Assembly: GCA_965645245.1 (NCBI GenBank)
Contig: OZ287080.1
Location: forward strand, 1,984,001-2,025,899
Source of the DNA: Massalongia carnosa
Lineage: Eukaryota
Length of the DNA: 41,899 nucleotides
Reading direction: 5' to 3'
Notes under the pieces: model-generated
The model's input: the letters and a program-made list of their open reading frames with translations, nothing else
Told to the model about the DNA's origin: nothing
Databases searched by the model: none
Part shown: positions 12,101 through 23,664 of the stretch, in pieces
Layout: each line of letters begins with the position of its first letter
Numbering within the stretch: the stretch's first letter is position 1
Position numbers and translations under genes: made by a program

Positions 12101-13144
12101 ATGAAATTCTTTAGGAACGATAGGGGCAGGATCGATATGAATCTTAGGTTTCAATGTCTTCTCGACATCTTTCATGGACGCGGCGGACAAGAAGACACTT
12201 TGACGGGTCCGAATGACTTCGTCAATGTCGTACAAGGAGGCTGTGAAGATCTCGTTTTCTCGCTTCTTCATCAAGGTTGAAAAGGGGGCGGCTCCGATCA
12301 TGTGAATACTCAGATCTGGAGGCTGAACAGGGGACAGTACAGAGTGCATGGGCTTCAAAGGTTCAAGACTAGCACGAACAGCGGGATTCTTAGGTTCAAA
12401 GGAATAGACTGATTCCCGTTTGACATCCTGAACAGGCATGTCAACTCGGGCAAGCTCGAAGGGTTCGATAACCTCGAGAGGGACCTTGTCCTCACGAGGG
12501 GTTTGACGGCCGTCAGATTGGCTATCAGATTCAGGAACAGTATGGTTCAGAGAAGAAGCAGTCTTTCTTGATAAAGACTCTTCCGAAGGATCACTAGATT
12601 TCGAGGCAATATTATTCGAAGAAGAAGCAGTTTCTTTCACTAGAAACTCTTCCGAGGGATCTGGAATTCCAGGAACAACAAGAGGGGAGCGCTTTCCTTG
12701 TAAGCACTCCGCTGCACAATAACGAGACGAAAAGGTCAAGGTGTTTCGGGACCAGCTGACGAAGGGATCATGAATCTGAAGCCATTTGACTCCCAAAACA
12801 ACGGGGTAATGACCCAATTGAGTAACAAGAAATGAACCAGATTCGCTATGGGCATCGATACTGAGTTGAAGTTTGACAAGATGAGTGAGCATGCCAGTGG
12901 CAATAGGGCGGCCATCCACTACCTGAAGAACACGAGGGCAAGCTAAAGGGGTGAGGGACAGGGAGTTTCTTTGCGCGAAGGATGCATCAATAAACGCATA
13001 ACCCGAGGCACCACAATCAATCAGGGCATGGGTGCGGAAGGAGCGATTGCCCACAGAGAGTACTATAGATATGACAAGGTGTCTACCATCTAAGGAGTCT
13101 TCTGACAGAGAAAAAGCTGAAATTGAAACCGGGGAACCTTCCAA
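9140..13144 (-). CDS. pol: Gypsy Pol polyprotein (protease, RT, RNase H, integrase, chromodomain)
   Basis: ALIDCGAS, YIDD, VDASD, HHCC zinc finger, [12 protein letters not shown] and C-terminal chromodomain YEVEEILD...YLVQW. Probably translated by frameshift from gag. Confidence 0.97.
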   Translation of the reverse strand: MEGSPVSISAFSLSEDSLDGRHLVISIVLSVGNRSFRTHALIDCGASGYAFIDASFAQRNSLSLTPLACPRVLQVVDGRPIATGMLTHLVKLQLSIDAHSESGSFLVTQLGHYPVVLGVKWLQIHDPFVSWSRNTLTFSSRYCAAECLQGKRSPLVVPGIPDPSEEFLVKETASSSNNIASKSSDPSEESLSRKTASSLNHTVPESDSQSDGRQTPREDKVPLEVIEPFELARVDMPVQDVKRESVYSFEPKNPAVRASLEPLKPMHSVLSPVQPPDLSIHMIGAAPFSTLMKKRENEIFTASLYDIDEVIRTRQSVFLSAASMKDVEKTLKPKIHIDPAPIVPKEFHDLLDVFSKTEADKLPPHRPYDHKIVLTEGAVPPSGPLYKMSAPELLVLQKYLKENLAKGFIRASSSPASSPVLFARKPSGGLRLCVDYRALNAITVKNRYPLPLIQETLDRLAKAVIFSKFDIVAAFNKLRMQKGQEWMTAFKTRYGLYEYEVMPFGLCGGPGSFQHYINDILREFLDVFCTAYIDDILIYSRSVKEHKVHVRKVLEALREAGLQLDIEKCEFFVTETTYLGLIISDKGIRMDPQKVAAIKEWLSPKNVRDIQAFVGFANFYRRFVRGFSEIASPLIKLTKKNIIFAWDEKCEKAFQALKDAFLSDTVLMHFDPEKKIVVEVDASDWVVGGVLSQYDDEGTLRPVAFFSKKHSPAEINYEIYDKELMAIVRAFEEWRAELEGAAFPIQVISDHKNLEYFMTTKQLSRRQARWSEYLSRFDFKIVYRPGKSGGKPDALTRRSQDLPEGEDDPRLKVQHQVVLKPRNLELLSNDLNIPSQADDRQTEREEVEKTLEELWKEGLENDPFPSKILELLRNKVSHSKEISLAECKEIQGRLHYREKIYVPDSHALRMRLCREMHDSPVAGHPGRAKTFDLVQRHYYWPQFYQFIAKYVKHCQVCSRSKSSRQGKMGVLRPLPVPEQRWQDISMDFVTGLPVSQGFDAVLVVVDRLSKRRHFLPCHTNLDVEGLARLFLKDIWRLHGLPQTIVSDRGVLFVAEFWKILCQRLGIKSLLSTAFHPETDGQTERVNSSMEQYIRIYTDYLQDDWVDWLPLAEFTGNNMTSETTGCSPFFAETGFHPRMGFESIEPSRSPASLNAEGFANKMQQINDVLQEEMKFAQARYEFDANRHRVPAPVYQVGDRIWLNAKNIRTQRPARKFDWKNLGPFVISKVVSKYAYQLALPPGMKIHPVFHVSLLTPVPQDPHPGHIAPPPPPVLVDETEEYEVEEILDSKKIRNRLKYLVQWIGWNDPTWEYAEYVTNALERVQEFHKRYPDKPR

Positions 13145-13161
13145 GAGTCTTCGAGGGCGAC

Positions 13162-14391
13162 TTATCCCGAAGACTCCGCATTTTCCGGAGAAGCAAAAGA
13201 GGTCTCGTTGAGACGTGAATTCTTGGGCCTACTCGGGCCCTTTGTTAACCTGGGACAATTTAACGCAAAATGTCCCGACTCCCCACAATACCGACACAGA
13301 CCTTCCGTCATCCGGCGAGTGACCTCTGCTGAGGGCAACTTACCACGACTAGTAGTCGAGAGATCCATGGGATCGGGTGCGGAGGATGAGGACAAGGAAA
13401 CGGGGGACGCGGCGCGGGGCAGGGCCACTCCTCCGGACTGCGGATTACGGGGCAAGGCTCCAACAGTGGCAGGCGAAGAGGAACGAGACGAGAAAGGCTT
13501 ACGAAGCGAAGCATTGACGTTGCGTTGTCGGGTGTCGAGTCTCTGCAACAGGGTAATTAACCCGTCTAAATCGCTGGGTAACTCCTGGGTTACCATTAGC
13601 TGCTTTAGTTCGTCGCTGACACCATTCAACAGAGCCGAGCGCTGAGCCTCAGAATCGAAATTAGTGTCCGGGATCAGTCGCTGAAAGTCCGACAAGTACA
13701 CGTGAAACTCCCGATTCTTCTGTCGAAGGGACCGAAGCTCTCGTTGTGCAGTGGCCTTCTTATCGGGATCCCCAAAAGCTCTCTCCAACATTGTTAACAA
13801 GGCGGCCACATCATCCAGAAGAATTTCTTGTTCCGATCTGACGTATGGTTGTACTTGTGAAAGGGCGAGTCCCTCGAGTCGACTAATAGCGTAGATGAGG
13901 CCGGACTTGGGACCCATGAACCGATCGGCATTGACAAAGAGTTTGAGATTCAGTTGAGTCGTCCATGATCGAAGCTCGTCCTTGTTTCCCGAGAATTTCG
14001 GAATGTCGGGAAGCTTTTCAGAACGAGGTTCTCTGTTGCTAGTATGATTCTGATATTCTTGACTCTGCTGACGAAAGACAGATATCATCCCACGAGCGGC
14101 TATGAGCTCGTCATTGGAGGCCTGCAGCTGGGCACGAAGGTTGTTGAGTTCCGTTTCGAGGAAATTGTACTGTCGATTCTTCTCCTCAATAACCTCCACG
14201 GCTCCGGAAGCGAAACTGATGAGACGATGCGTGTAGCAATACCACTCTCTCGGATAAGCCGAGGCCGACTGGGCCCATCCTTCCTGAGAGGCTGCTATTG
14301 CTGTGAGGTCGAGGCCTCCTCCGAGTATCGGGACTCGAAGGGGCTGAGAGGTAGATCCTGGGGTGTCGAGAGCTGGAGAAGCTGAGGACAT
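13162..14391 (-). CDS. gag: Gypsy Gag with CCHC zinc knuckle
   Basis: LRQ capsid-like motif, DPMDLS and CRYCGESGHFALNC. First ATG after the LTR is at 14391. Confidence 0.93.
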   Translation of the reverse strand: MSSASPALDTPGSTSQPLRVPILGGGLDLTAIAASQEGWAQSASAYPREWYCYTHRLISFASGAVEVIEEKNRQYNFLETELNNLRAQLQASNDELIAARGMISVFRQQSQEYQNHTSNREPRSEKLPDIPKFSGNKDELRSWTTQLNLKLFVNADRFMGPKSGLIYAISRLEGLALSQVQPYVRSEQEILLDDVAALLTMLERAFGDPDKKATAQRELRSLRQKNREFHVYLSDFQRLIPDTNFDSEAQRSALLNGVSDELKQLMVTQELPSDLDGLITLLQRLDTRQRNVNASLRKPFSSRSSSPATVGALPRNPQSGGVALPRAASPVSLSSSSAPDPMDLSTTSRGKLPSAEVTRRMTEGLCRYCGESGHFALNCPRLTKGPSRPKNSRLNETSFASPENAESSG

Positions 14392-14441
14392 GAATGCAAA
14401 TAGGGAACAAACCACACTGGAGTATGGGAGGGTGTTCGTAA

Positions 14442-14713
14442 TGTCACGGTAGGAGTCCAATGATCCTATCCATGTGGTGGAACAGTGTTACGCTATCGAC
14501 TATACTACATGATAATCTGACGAAACGAACACAAGGAGGAAAACAGTAACAGCTAGCAGAGATTTCCTTTAACTCCTGAAAAGGGACACTAAACCCAACT
14601 CGGTAAGCTCGCAGTCTAACCACAACGATCATCCGCCGGCGCTAAACCTTAAAGTCCATCTAGGGCAGCCGTCTGTTCAATGAACCTCCACGTCTCATGT
14701 TCACACCATGACA
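14442..14713 (-). repeat. 5' LTR of Gypsy element
   Basis: TGTCAC...ATGACA, matching 8809-9080. Confidence 0.95.
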
Positions 14714-16747
14714 TTTATAATCTCTTGCTGAGTAGCCTTCCCATCAATAGCTTTGTGGACGATTTCATCGAATTCAGCTGCATTTCTTGGAGTCTTGATA
14801 GGAGCGGATATAGTGACGCCATCCGACGATCGGAAGAATACTTCTGGTGGCGTATACGACCTTAGAGTAACAGTGTTTATCACATCTTTCGGCTGTGGCA
14901 ATGTCTTCAAAAGACTCTCTGGATACAGAGGAAATAGAAGTGCATTCTGCCAAGCACTGAGAATAGTCGTGAGTTTGGCTGTCTCACTCCGAGCTCGTTG
15001 ATATAAATCAATGAAATCGACCTTATCCACGTTAGCACTGCTATCCCACTTATCAGACGCAGTAGCTTGGTCCGATAGAGACTCCCCAGTAGCTGAAAGA
15101 AACCCACATCTAACGGCTGGAGGACGTGAGTCGTGTGAGCTGGAAGGCAAGCAAGAATAATCTTCTCATTGATACATAATTGGATAACTTCCGACGTAAT
15201 ATGAGAAGCATGCACGTCGAGGATAAGCAAGCAATATTCGCCTTGTTGTCGCTTCTTCGAATATGGATCAAATACACCTTTAAACCATTCGAAAGCGAGT
15301 GTATTATTGGTCCAGCCCTTGTCACTGATAGCGATGTTATTTCCTCGCTCCAATTCATTCATCCAGGCCTTCCTTTGAGTCATTGCTTTAAAGATGACGA
15401 AAGCAGGAAGAAGTGCTCCATCTGCAGAGATACATCCAAGAAGAGACACCCATTCCCGGCTCCCATTCTGACACATGTATGCATTGGGGTTTGCCTTCGA
15501 AACCACTACTTTCTGCTTGCCTGCTTGGCCTATTGCAAAACCCTTCTCGTCCATATTTTATACGTATCTTTCTTCAATGTTGTATTGCTTCATTGTGTCC
15601 GAAAAGAGCTTAAACCAATGATTGATTGTTTCGTAATTGACTGCATAGATGCGCTCTTTATCTAACGGAGTGCAAAAGCGAGATTTTAACGAATGATTTC
15701 GATTCAAGAAGTTCTCCACCCAGTGACATCCTAATGAGATATGATTTCCTCTTTTTTTGAGAATCACTTCTGCTTGTAACGTGATTCGATAGATCATTGG
15801 AGGGAAGCCCATTTGGCCAATAATTCGATCCAGTTTACTAAGCATTCCTCCTCAATGAAAGTGAGGCATTGTTGGGCTTGATGAGCTTTGTGATAAGGTA
15901 ATGTTTCTCCTTTGTATCGTCGATATAATATTGTATAGCAAAAATTTTATTTGTTGGCATATTGGCAGAATGAAGGCTTCTCTTGATTAAGCTTTATTTC
16001 AGGCTGGAGTTCATATTCATCCCACCGCTTGATAGCTTTAGCAAAGGAGATCAGAGCAAGCTCCATGCGCCCACGCCTTGAGATAACCTCTGTATCTGAT
16101 TCCTCTTCTAATGGGTCTTCCTCAACAGCTTGCATGATATTTTGGTAACGGAGGGATGGCTAGGCCAGGCGCTGAGGCCAATTATAGCTTCAAAGGCCAG
16201 GGTTGAGGGTTGGAGAATAGGTATAGGTCAATTGGCTGATTTGTAGAGACGCTCAGTATAAATTTTGATAGGAATGCTTCAGGATAAAGGCATCGCATAA
16301 ACATCGGATATAAACCCCTACTAGTGCTGTTGCATATCTAGGTTTGTTGAATATCCCAGTCATCCCGAGTAGAGCCATGATGCACCTTTCAAGCTACGAA
16401 AACATCGATGGTGAACGCTAGTAATATACTACATCTCTTAGAACGTTTGAGCGCTTGAAGCATGGTTCACGATTCTACTCGGCATGACCTCGGCACCGCC
16501 TAGGGCAATCGTAGATGGAACTCGCAGGCATTTTTGATTTCGTTCCCGCAGCTACTAGAAGATTCCATGACGACTATACCACATGGGTACTAGCGCAGCA
16601 GAGGATATAGGAGCAGGTTCTGGTTGTCGATTGTCTTTTTCGTTCTTCATCTTTATTGTATTCGTTTCTAGCATCCCCCTATGACTTGTCTCTAGATAGA
16701 TCATAACATTACAATAAAGATCGTCTTCATCTATTATCCTACGTGAG

Positions 16748-17210
16748 GGATGTAAAAGAAATCACCGAATCGAGGACTGAAGAAAGAACGATCCTTTAAC
16801 TAGGCAAGTCGTACGAAATAGAACCAGAACCAGAACCAGAACCAGAAGGCCGCAGCCCTACAGCGTGGCACCCAGACGCAGAACTCGAACCCAAAAGAAC
16901 TATCCTCGGTGGCGGATGTAAAAGAAACCCACATCGGAACGACAACGAGCGACCCTTTCACTAGGCCAGTCACCCAGAACCAGAACCAGAAGGCCGCCAC
17001 CCCTACAGCGTGGTACCCAGACACAGAACCCGAACCCAGAAGAGCCATCCTAGGTGGCGGATGTAAAAGAAACCCACATCGGAACGACAACGAGCGACCC
17101 TTGCACTAGGCCAGTCGTACGAACCAGAACCTGAACCACCAGACACCAGATACCAGACACCAGAAACCAGACAACAGGCACCAGACACCAGACACCAGAT
17201 CCTAGACACC
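16748..17210. repeat. Compound tandem repeat (about three 145-165-bp units with CAGAAC and ACCAGAC microrepeats)
   Basis: GGATGTAAAAGAAA recurs at ~16748, ~16914 and ~17059. Confidence 0.85.
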
Positions 17211-17410
17211 AAAGCACTGACTGCACCGAAAATGATGTCGGAATCCGGGGTGAATGTTAGAACACAAGTGGTGGATTTTTTCGGCGCAATCGATCGGCAA
17301 GGACTTCAATCATCATTCTTATTCAGTCGTTAACAATTGTAAGCGTTGTTGGTTGAGTGGTGCTGATTCAAAGAGGAGAAGTCATGTCACAAAATTCTGC
17401 CGGAGCACTA

Positions 17411-17637
17411 TACCGCGCTAACCGAATTCGGGTTTTTTCCTGTATTTCTCATGCGAATCCTAATCCTAACTACGAGAAGTGATCGATCATGCGGATGATG
17501 TGAATAATGTGATCATGCGATGAGATCTTGCGATGAGTAACTTAGACCTGTCATTGATTTTACATTCTTAGCCACCCTTCTTTTCTCGTGTCACCTACCG
17601 CGCTAACCGAATTAGGGTTTTTTCCTAAATTCCTCAT
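17411..17637. repeat. Pair of ~40-bp direct repeats TACCGCGCTAACCGAATT(C/A)GGGTTTTTTCCT
   Basis: Copies start at 17411 and 17596. Confidence 0.85.
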
Positions 17638-19247
17638 CTCTAGAACTTCGACTGCTCAGCGTCACTCTTCCTCGATCATGCCTTCTACGGAGTCATTGAA
17701 AAAATTATTTGGTAGGCCTCGAATGTACTCTACTGCTGATGCTGATGAAGCTGGAGCGGCCAAGAGACAGCAGAGTCAAGGTTATTACCACAATCTATCG
17801 CGCCCAGTTGGTCTTGCAGGTCCAGTCGACTTTGTGCCTACGAGCCTCTACCTATATCCGATATCCCTAGCGACACCCTGCCAGCCATTGGTCTGCGAAC
17901 AAGCCTCCATATACCAATCCCTCCGGATCGCGATATAACGGAAGACTGTGAGGAAGAGCTTGAGCCCGAAGCATACTAAGGATAATCCCTCTCGAACTGC
18001 AACTCCAAATTCCCTACACGAGGAACCCGAAATCGTTCAACAAGTTGAGAAAATACGCACAGAGGAGGTGACAAATACTGAAGATGCAGACTATGATGTG
18101 GAGGTCACGGCACGCTTGGAGGAGTCGGCAGCCTATCTCGAGGCAGCAGCAGTGCTCCAGGCACTACGAATTGGGCAACAAGAGAGGCAGGAGAGCAGCA
18201 AGGCCGGGTCACAGTATTCTGACTACGCCGCCTAGTAGCTCTGTGATGTCGAATTAGTAGCACCTAGACACAACAGAACACCGATTCATAGTCCACCGAA
18301 TACAGATATACAACAGGGCAGTTCACCGCATACTGCAGATACAAAAATACAGCATGCCGCGTAGCGCGCAGAGTGCACACATCGCAAATCTGAGCCCTGA
18401 TCAACTAGAGAGCACATCCTCTAAGCTGGCCAAGTAGCTACGTAAATTCCGGTGCTGCACTCATGAGCAGCATACCGAAGCCGATCGCCAGCATGAAGAA
18501 CACCAACAACGCCGAGATGTGCACTCAGAGTGCTCATCTATACCTGATATTACTTCCATTATTAAAGGGTTACACAATGGGAGCATTCCGCTCCCCGATG
18601 TCCTCAAAAGCCCCCGACTGATGAGAGCCACCGATATCCAGATCGTCGGCTGCAAGGTGGCATTCGAAGGCACTGCTAGTGCTCGCCTGGACGAAGCCAC
18701 TCCCCATAACGATGGACTACCTCCGTGTCTTTGCCTGTCCAAGAAACACGCTACAAGTCGGAAGAATCGTCAACCAAGGGTTGGTTTCGACATCGACAGC
18801 ACCTGTTGTTTCCCCCAGAGTCTCGGGTTTGCGCGTCGCGGGATAGAGTGGTTCCACAAGGCCCATCCCGTCCTCAATCTCACGGGCGACATACACTTTG
18901 GGTTGAAGGTCCCTGGTTACACGATCAAGGACAATCCATTCCTAAGCTATGTCCCGCTGCATAAGACACCCCACTACTGCTTTGGGTGCGTGGTTGGCAT
19001 GAGCGATCTTCTCATGTTTATCTTCATTCCCGCCCTGCAGAAAGAGAACGATCATGAGCATACCTCGTATCTCGATAAGCGCGACGAGCAGCTCTGGTTG
19101 GATGACATCCTCCTTCCCTGTATCACCAAGGTTGTTAAGTCTTCCAACATACTGCTGAACTATCCGGCCTCTTCTCGCATAGCCGACCTTGCATTCACGG
19201 CAATATCTGCAGAGAGCCTCAAACGGAAGGAGTCTGCCAACCAGCAG

Positions 19248-22200
19248 GTAATTCGCGGGCTCCATCGTGTCAGCTGAACATATATAATTTCTATCTATGT
19301 TTGGGCAACTCTCCCCTCGCTGCTGCCCTGCTGGCGCTCACTTTTGCTGAGGGCACCTCCTATAATGGCTTTGTTTTGGCAGTAGTGAGGGGAAAAACTC
19401 CCAACCCCAAGCAGGGAATGGCCCACCAACGGTGAGGCTGTTCGGAACGTGGCGGGGGGTCGTTGAAAACGAAGGGAGGTCGCTATTAATTGGTCCGGGA
19501 GTGTCTGAATGTACAATTGATACGAGTCTGATTTCCATCGGCCCAATGTCTGAATATCTTCCTCTAGCAAGCCTGTAATAGGGTAGGCCAAGTATGCGTT
19601 CGTTGAACGTAAGACTGGCCTATGTGGCTATGTGGGATATGTACAGCCAAAACAACCACCAAGACAATAAGGTCCCGCCTAACCCAGTTAGGCATAGTGT
19701 GGGGACTTAACTTATTATGGAGGTGTTTTCGTAGTACACGAAGTATCCCCTCGCCTCGCCTCACCTCCCCTAGCTCGCCTGCCTAGTCTCATCTACCTGT
19801 GTCTTTCGGTGACCGAAGTATTTCGGAGACCGAAAATACCAGGTAGTATGTGCAATGTACGGAAGAAGAGCTTAGGTTGTGGATTGTCCTATTCTATATA
19901 GATCAATGATCAAGCACTTCAAAAGGGTAGCATTTAGTCTACCCTTTGACCCGACCCAACCTATTTGTACCTCTATTGTGACCATCACGTTGTGTAGCCC
20001 CTGTGGATCCCATCTTCCAGTAGTGAATGCCTGCTGGGAGAAGGTCTCCCCGTTTCAAAGCCCGAGTTTTTGGCTGTTGTTCAAAATCGCTGTCATCTCC
20101 TTCTCATTGATATGTTTGGCTCTGAGCCTGGTGGTATAACGTTCAGAAACCACTTGCTCAGCGAGCAATATGTGTGTGGTCTGACCACCTTGAAGTATGT
20201 ATGCCCCGATTCCGAAGTCCCCACTTGCATCCGTCCAGAGACGGAGCAGGGGTCTCGAAGGGCTAATAATGTGTATGCCGTTCCATAATGATGATGATGA
20301 TAAATTCTTATACCGATATGACACCGGCCGAAGGCCGGCCCATGCGGGCGTGGTTCTATAGGACTATTGTACATAGGAAAACCTTTTAAGGAATAAAAAC
20401 CTAGTAACCAAAATAATCGCCTGCGGGATCCCCATGACCCCTCAGTGTACCTAATAACGTGTATCTGTGAGGTCCTTGAAAGAAAACGGAAAAGAACGAA
20501 AGAAAAGGGGAAGAAGTCAAACATTTCAAATGCTGTGTCGACGGGAACTATCCGTATAGCATGGTCGCTGCAATTGAAAACTGTTTTAGTATATCTGCCC
20601 GCATTAACCATGCTGTCAGCTTTTTCAATATTACGGAATTTTCAATTATCGTGCGATAATTGTTAGTTTTCACTTGATTAACTAATTCATTTCTTCCGTC
20701 TATCAGCTGACAGTGCATGATGGCGTGTTTGGCCGTCTGCCTTGGCCATCCACATATGTACGCCGGTGAGTTTACATTGGGTACTTATTCGGTTGAAAAG
20801 AAAGTTTGCTAGCCCGATTTTCTCCGTGCGAATTTGCGTTGCTAGTGAACTCTCCGCTTTTGCCAAATTGCTGTGAATTTTTAATCTCTTTTTGTCAAGC
20901 GAAGCTTGTTGAGCCTCGGTGGGGAGTGGAATGCGATTTTGATAAGTCGCCCATGTTGACTTCCATATTTTCATATGATGCTCCATGAGCCGCGTATGAT
21001 GTGCCCGTTGGGCCGTTCGCGCTTCTCTCAGCTCCTTGAGATATTCTGGACTGGCCTCGTACCTCGGGGGCGCTGAAGGCGGTAATCTGACGTGCCGTTC
21101 CATAATGGAAGGAAATGATGCCACTATAAAAGATCAGCTTTTATGTGAGAATTGATATGAATAAATGGGCGCGCGGGCCCGATTTTGCTGTTGAAAAGGC
21201 GTCGGAGAAAGGATCTTCCCGGTACCACCACTTTGGCTGCAAAGCGCAGAAATCCCAGCAAAGTGTCTAGCTCGTTTCTGGCTATCGTGGATTTATTCAA
21301 TGTTGATTGGACGAGATCCTTAGCTTTCTGAAGCTTTTCGGCCGGTAGTCGTGCCTGCATCAGGTGTGTGTCCAGCTCTATGCCCAGGAATTCGACTACC
21401 GTGCCTTTTTTATTTTTCTTTTCGTTGATTTTTAGGCCGAGGTCTGAAAAAATTTCGGCAAAGTTCCGATCGAAGGATGCCGCATCGGGAATAGCGCGAA
21501 CGATTCCCGAGAAAATCGTCCAAGTAGTGAATAACTTCGCCATTTGTTTTATTAATCATCATCCAGTTCAGACCTTTCGCGAATAAGTCAAACAAGAAGG
21601 GAGACGTCCTAAGGCCGAATAGAAGAATGCGTTCTATCTAGTAAACCCCGTTCCAACAAAAACCCAGCAACCACCAATCGCTTTGCGCCACTGGAACGTG
21701 GCGAAAGGCATCGGCTAGATCTCGTTTGATCAGTACGCAGTCCTTGCCAATTCTTCTGACGCCGGCGAGGGCTTCGTCGAAAGTGATATATTCCAGAGCG
21801 CCCCATTCCTCGGGAATGAAGTAGTTCACCTAATTACCCTCGGGGTGGGAGAGGTGATGAATACGGCGCCATCCTCCGTTTGCTTTGGGGACTAAGCCTA
21901 AGGGGGAGCATATATATTTGGCTAGTAGGGTGCGCACCTCGATCGATCGGTTTTTGGCCCTTTGGTCCTCTACGTCCATGGTTAGAATTTCTGGGGCCTC
22001 GTTGGCCGAGGCCAGGTTGCTGCTTAGAATGAACTGATCTGGGCCGGTGTAACCAATTTTGGCCCCGTACACGATTATATCGTGAATGGTCTGTTTGTAA
22101 ATTTTGTCCGGATGACCCATGAGGTGAAGTTCCCAGCCTTCTTTTCTTAGAGGCCCTGAGGGTACGATTGCTGATTTATCTATCAGCGGATAGGGGAACC

Positions 22201-23664
22201 CTTCGTCGATATGATCAAATGGGCCGGCTAGTCAATCTCGTCTACCTGTTGACATGAAATTTGGGTTGCTAATATGTGCCTTGGGGCAGTTGTTTTTCGT
22301 GTGATAGCCGAAACAGAGACTGCAGACGTGAGGGTACCTGCATTCCTTGCATTCCCGCCCTGCGTTGTATCGATTGCAGGACATAGGCTTTGGTTCAGTG
22401 GAGCCGCCTACCGGAATTGATCCCGGGTGTAGTACCTCCCGTCATGGACAAGTTAGGTGTCCGTCGAGTAAGGTACATGTTTTCGACGGTGGTGTCGATT
22501 CTCCTCCATCCGGCCGGGTCGTTCACCCCCTGGTACACCCGACCCCTGTGGAAGATTATATGAAATACTCGTACTGACTCCCAAGTGTAGATGGTGTAAT
22601 GTAACAACAAGCGGTCTGATAGATTTGAAAGGCCCTACAAAGACTGTCTTTTATTCCGGATGGTGCCAAATGAAGCAAGACCTGCCAATACACCCCGAGG
22701 CAGCGAATCAGGTGAGGTAGTTCCTTGATGTCTCCTGGTGACGCATCGTCTTCTTCTTGTATTAACTCGTATCCTTTGGCCAGGTTCACTCGTTTGACAG
22801 TTGGTTTGATTAAGACTACATCGGTGCAGAGCTTGGAAATATTTATGGGATCGAATTTGTTGTTCAGAATTTGTCGGAAATAAATGCTGTTTATGGCGGG
22901 ATACTTGATAATTAGAGGAAGGAGACATGGATCCGTACCTTCGGTTTCAGCGGGCAGTAGCTGGTTCGGGTGGGGAGTGTGTGCCTCCTGCCTACCCTCG
23001 GGGACTGTGTTTCCTTCCCTTATGCGCTGAATGGCCGCCAAGTTGTCGGCGATTTGCTTTTGAAGGTGACGGGTCTCCTCCTGCCTGAGGGCTGTCGCCG
23101 TGGCCTCCTGCTGAGCCCTGAGGTCCAACAGCAGGTCCGGGGTTGGTTCCGGTGTTCGGTGGACGTCTATCACATCGCCCCGAAGTATTCCTTCCGAGCC
23201 TTGAGTGTTCGGAGGATGCTGTGTTTCTGGAACTATGGCCCCTCCCCTAGGGGGTCGGGTGGAACGAGTGGGACGTTGACCAGGCCCGGAGGTGTTTCCG
23301 GAGCGGGCGGAAGGCTTGGTGATTCTTTGAGGGCGATGGAAAGGCATGATGGGCTCAATGTGGGAGGTAATATAGGATGAGAAATGGAGGTGATTTAGAA
23401 TGATGGGGCTGAGGGTGTGTGATTGACAGATGTGTTTAATTCGGGAAAGACTTTCAAAAGACCTTTTGGTGCTGAACTCCGAATCAATGGTGATGATGAG
23501 GAGAAGAGTGCCAAAAGGCCATCTATTTATGCCCTTTCTTTCCCCTCCTTGTCCAACTATTTGGACATCATCCTTCTTCGGCCTTCGGCCTTCGGCCTTC
23601 GTTGGCTATCCACGGCCTGCCTCCACTCGGTCCCGTCATTACCTTTCGCCCTAGCCAAATTACT
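19248..23664 (-). mobile_element. Degenerate YR retrotransposon (DIRS/Ngaro order), copy A
   Basis: gag 22556-23347 plus Cys/His finger at ~22280-22400; RT SPLGLVPK, HYLDDF, FLGIELD; RNase H WTDASG; YR C-terminus LGRWKSDSYQLY (19295-19591). Confidence 0.88.
20291..21092 (-). mobile_element. 5'-truncated LINE (Tad1-like) fragment inserted in YR retrotransposon A
   Basis: 15-bp TSD TGCCGTTCCATAATG (20276-20290, 21093-21107); (TCA)n 3' tail; ORF2 C-terminal motif QIRTEKIGLANFL. Confidence 0.88.

Larger units (their letters stand above)
8809..14713 (-). mobile_element. Intact Ty3/Gypsy chromovirus LTR retrotransposon
   Basis: Two apparently identical 272-bp LTRs; TSD TTTAT (8804-8808, 14714-14718); PPT next to the left LTR; open gag and pol. 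Confidence 0.97.
8488..16135 (-). pseudogene. pogo/Fot1 DDE_1 transposase interrupted by the Gypsy element
   Basis: MDEKGF, SDKGWTN, ILDVHASH and QPLDVG in 14907-15554; CENP-B-like HTH fragments 15558-16135; C-terminus continues at 8488-8808. Confidence 0.88.
1093..16321 (-). mobile_element. Outer pogo/Fot1-family (DDE_1) transposon hosting nested hAT, Tc1 and Gypsy insertions
   Basis: TAGTAGGGGTTTA at 1091-1103 is the exact inverse of TAAACCCCTACTA at 16311-16323 (includes TA target), with weaker similarity continuing inward. Transposase remnants lie between the termini. Confidence 0.65.

Noticed and set aside
16748..17210. Spaced repeats as a possible CRISPR-like array
   Set aside because: Whole units repeat with no unique spacers; eukaryotic context and no cas genes.
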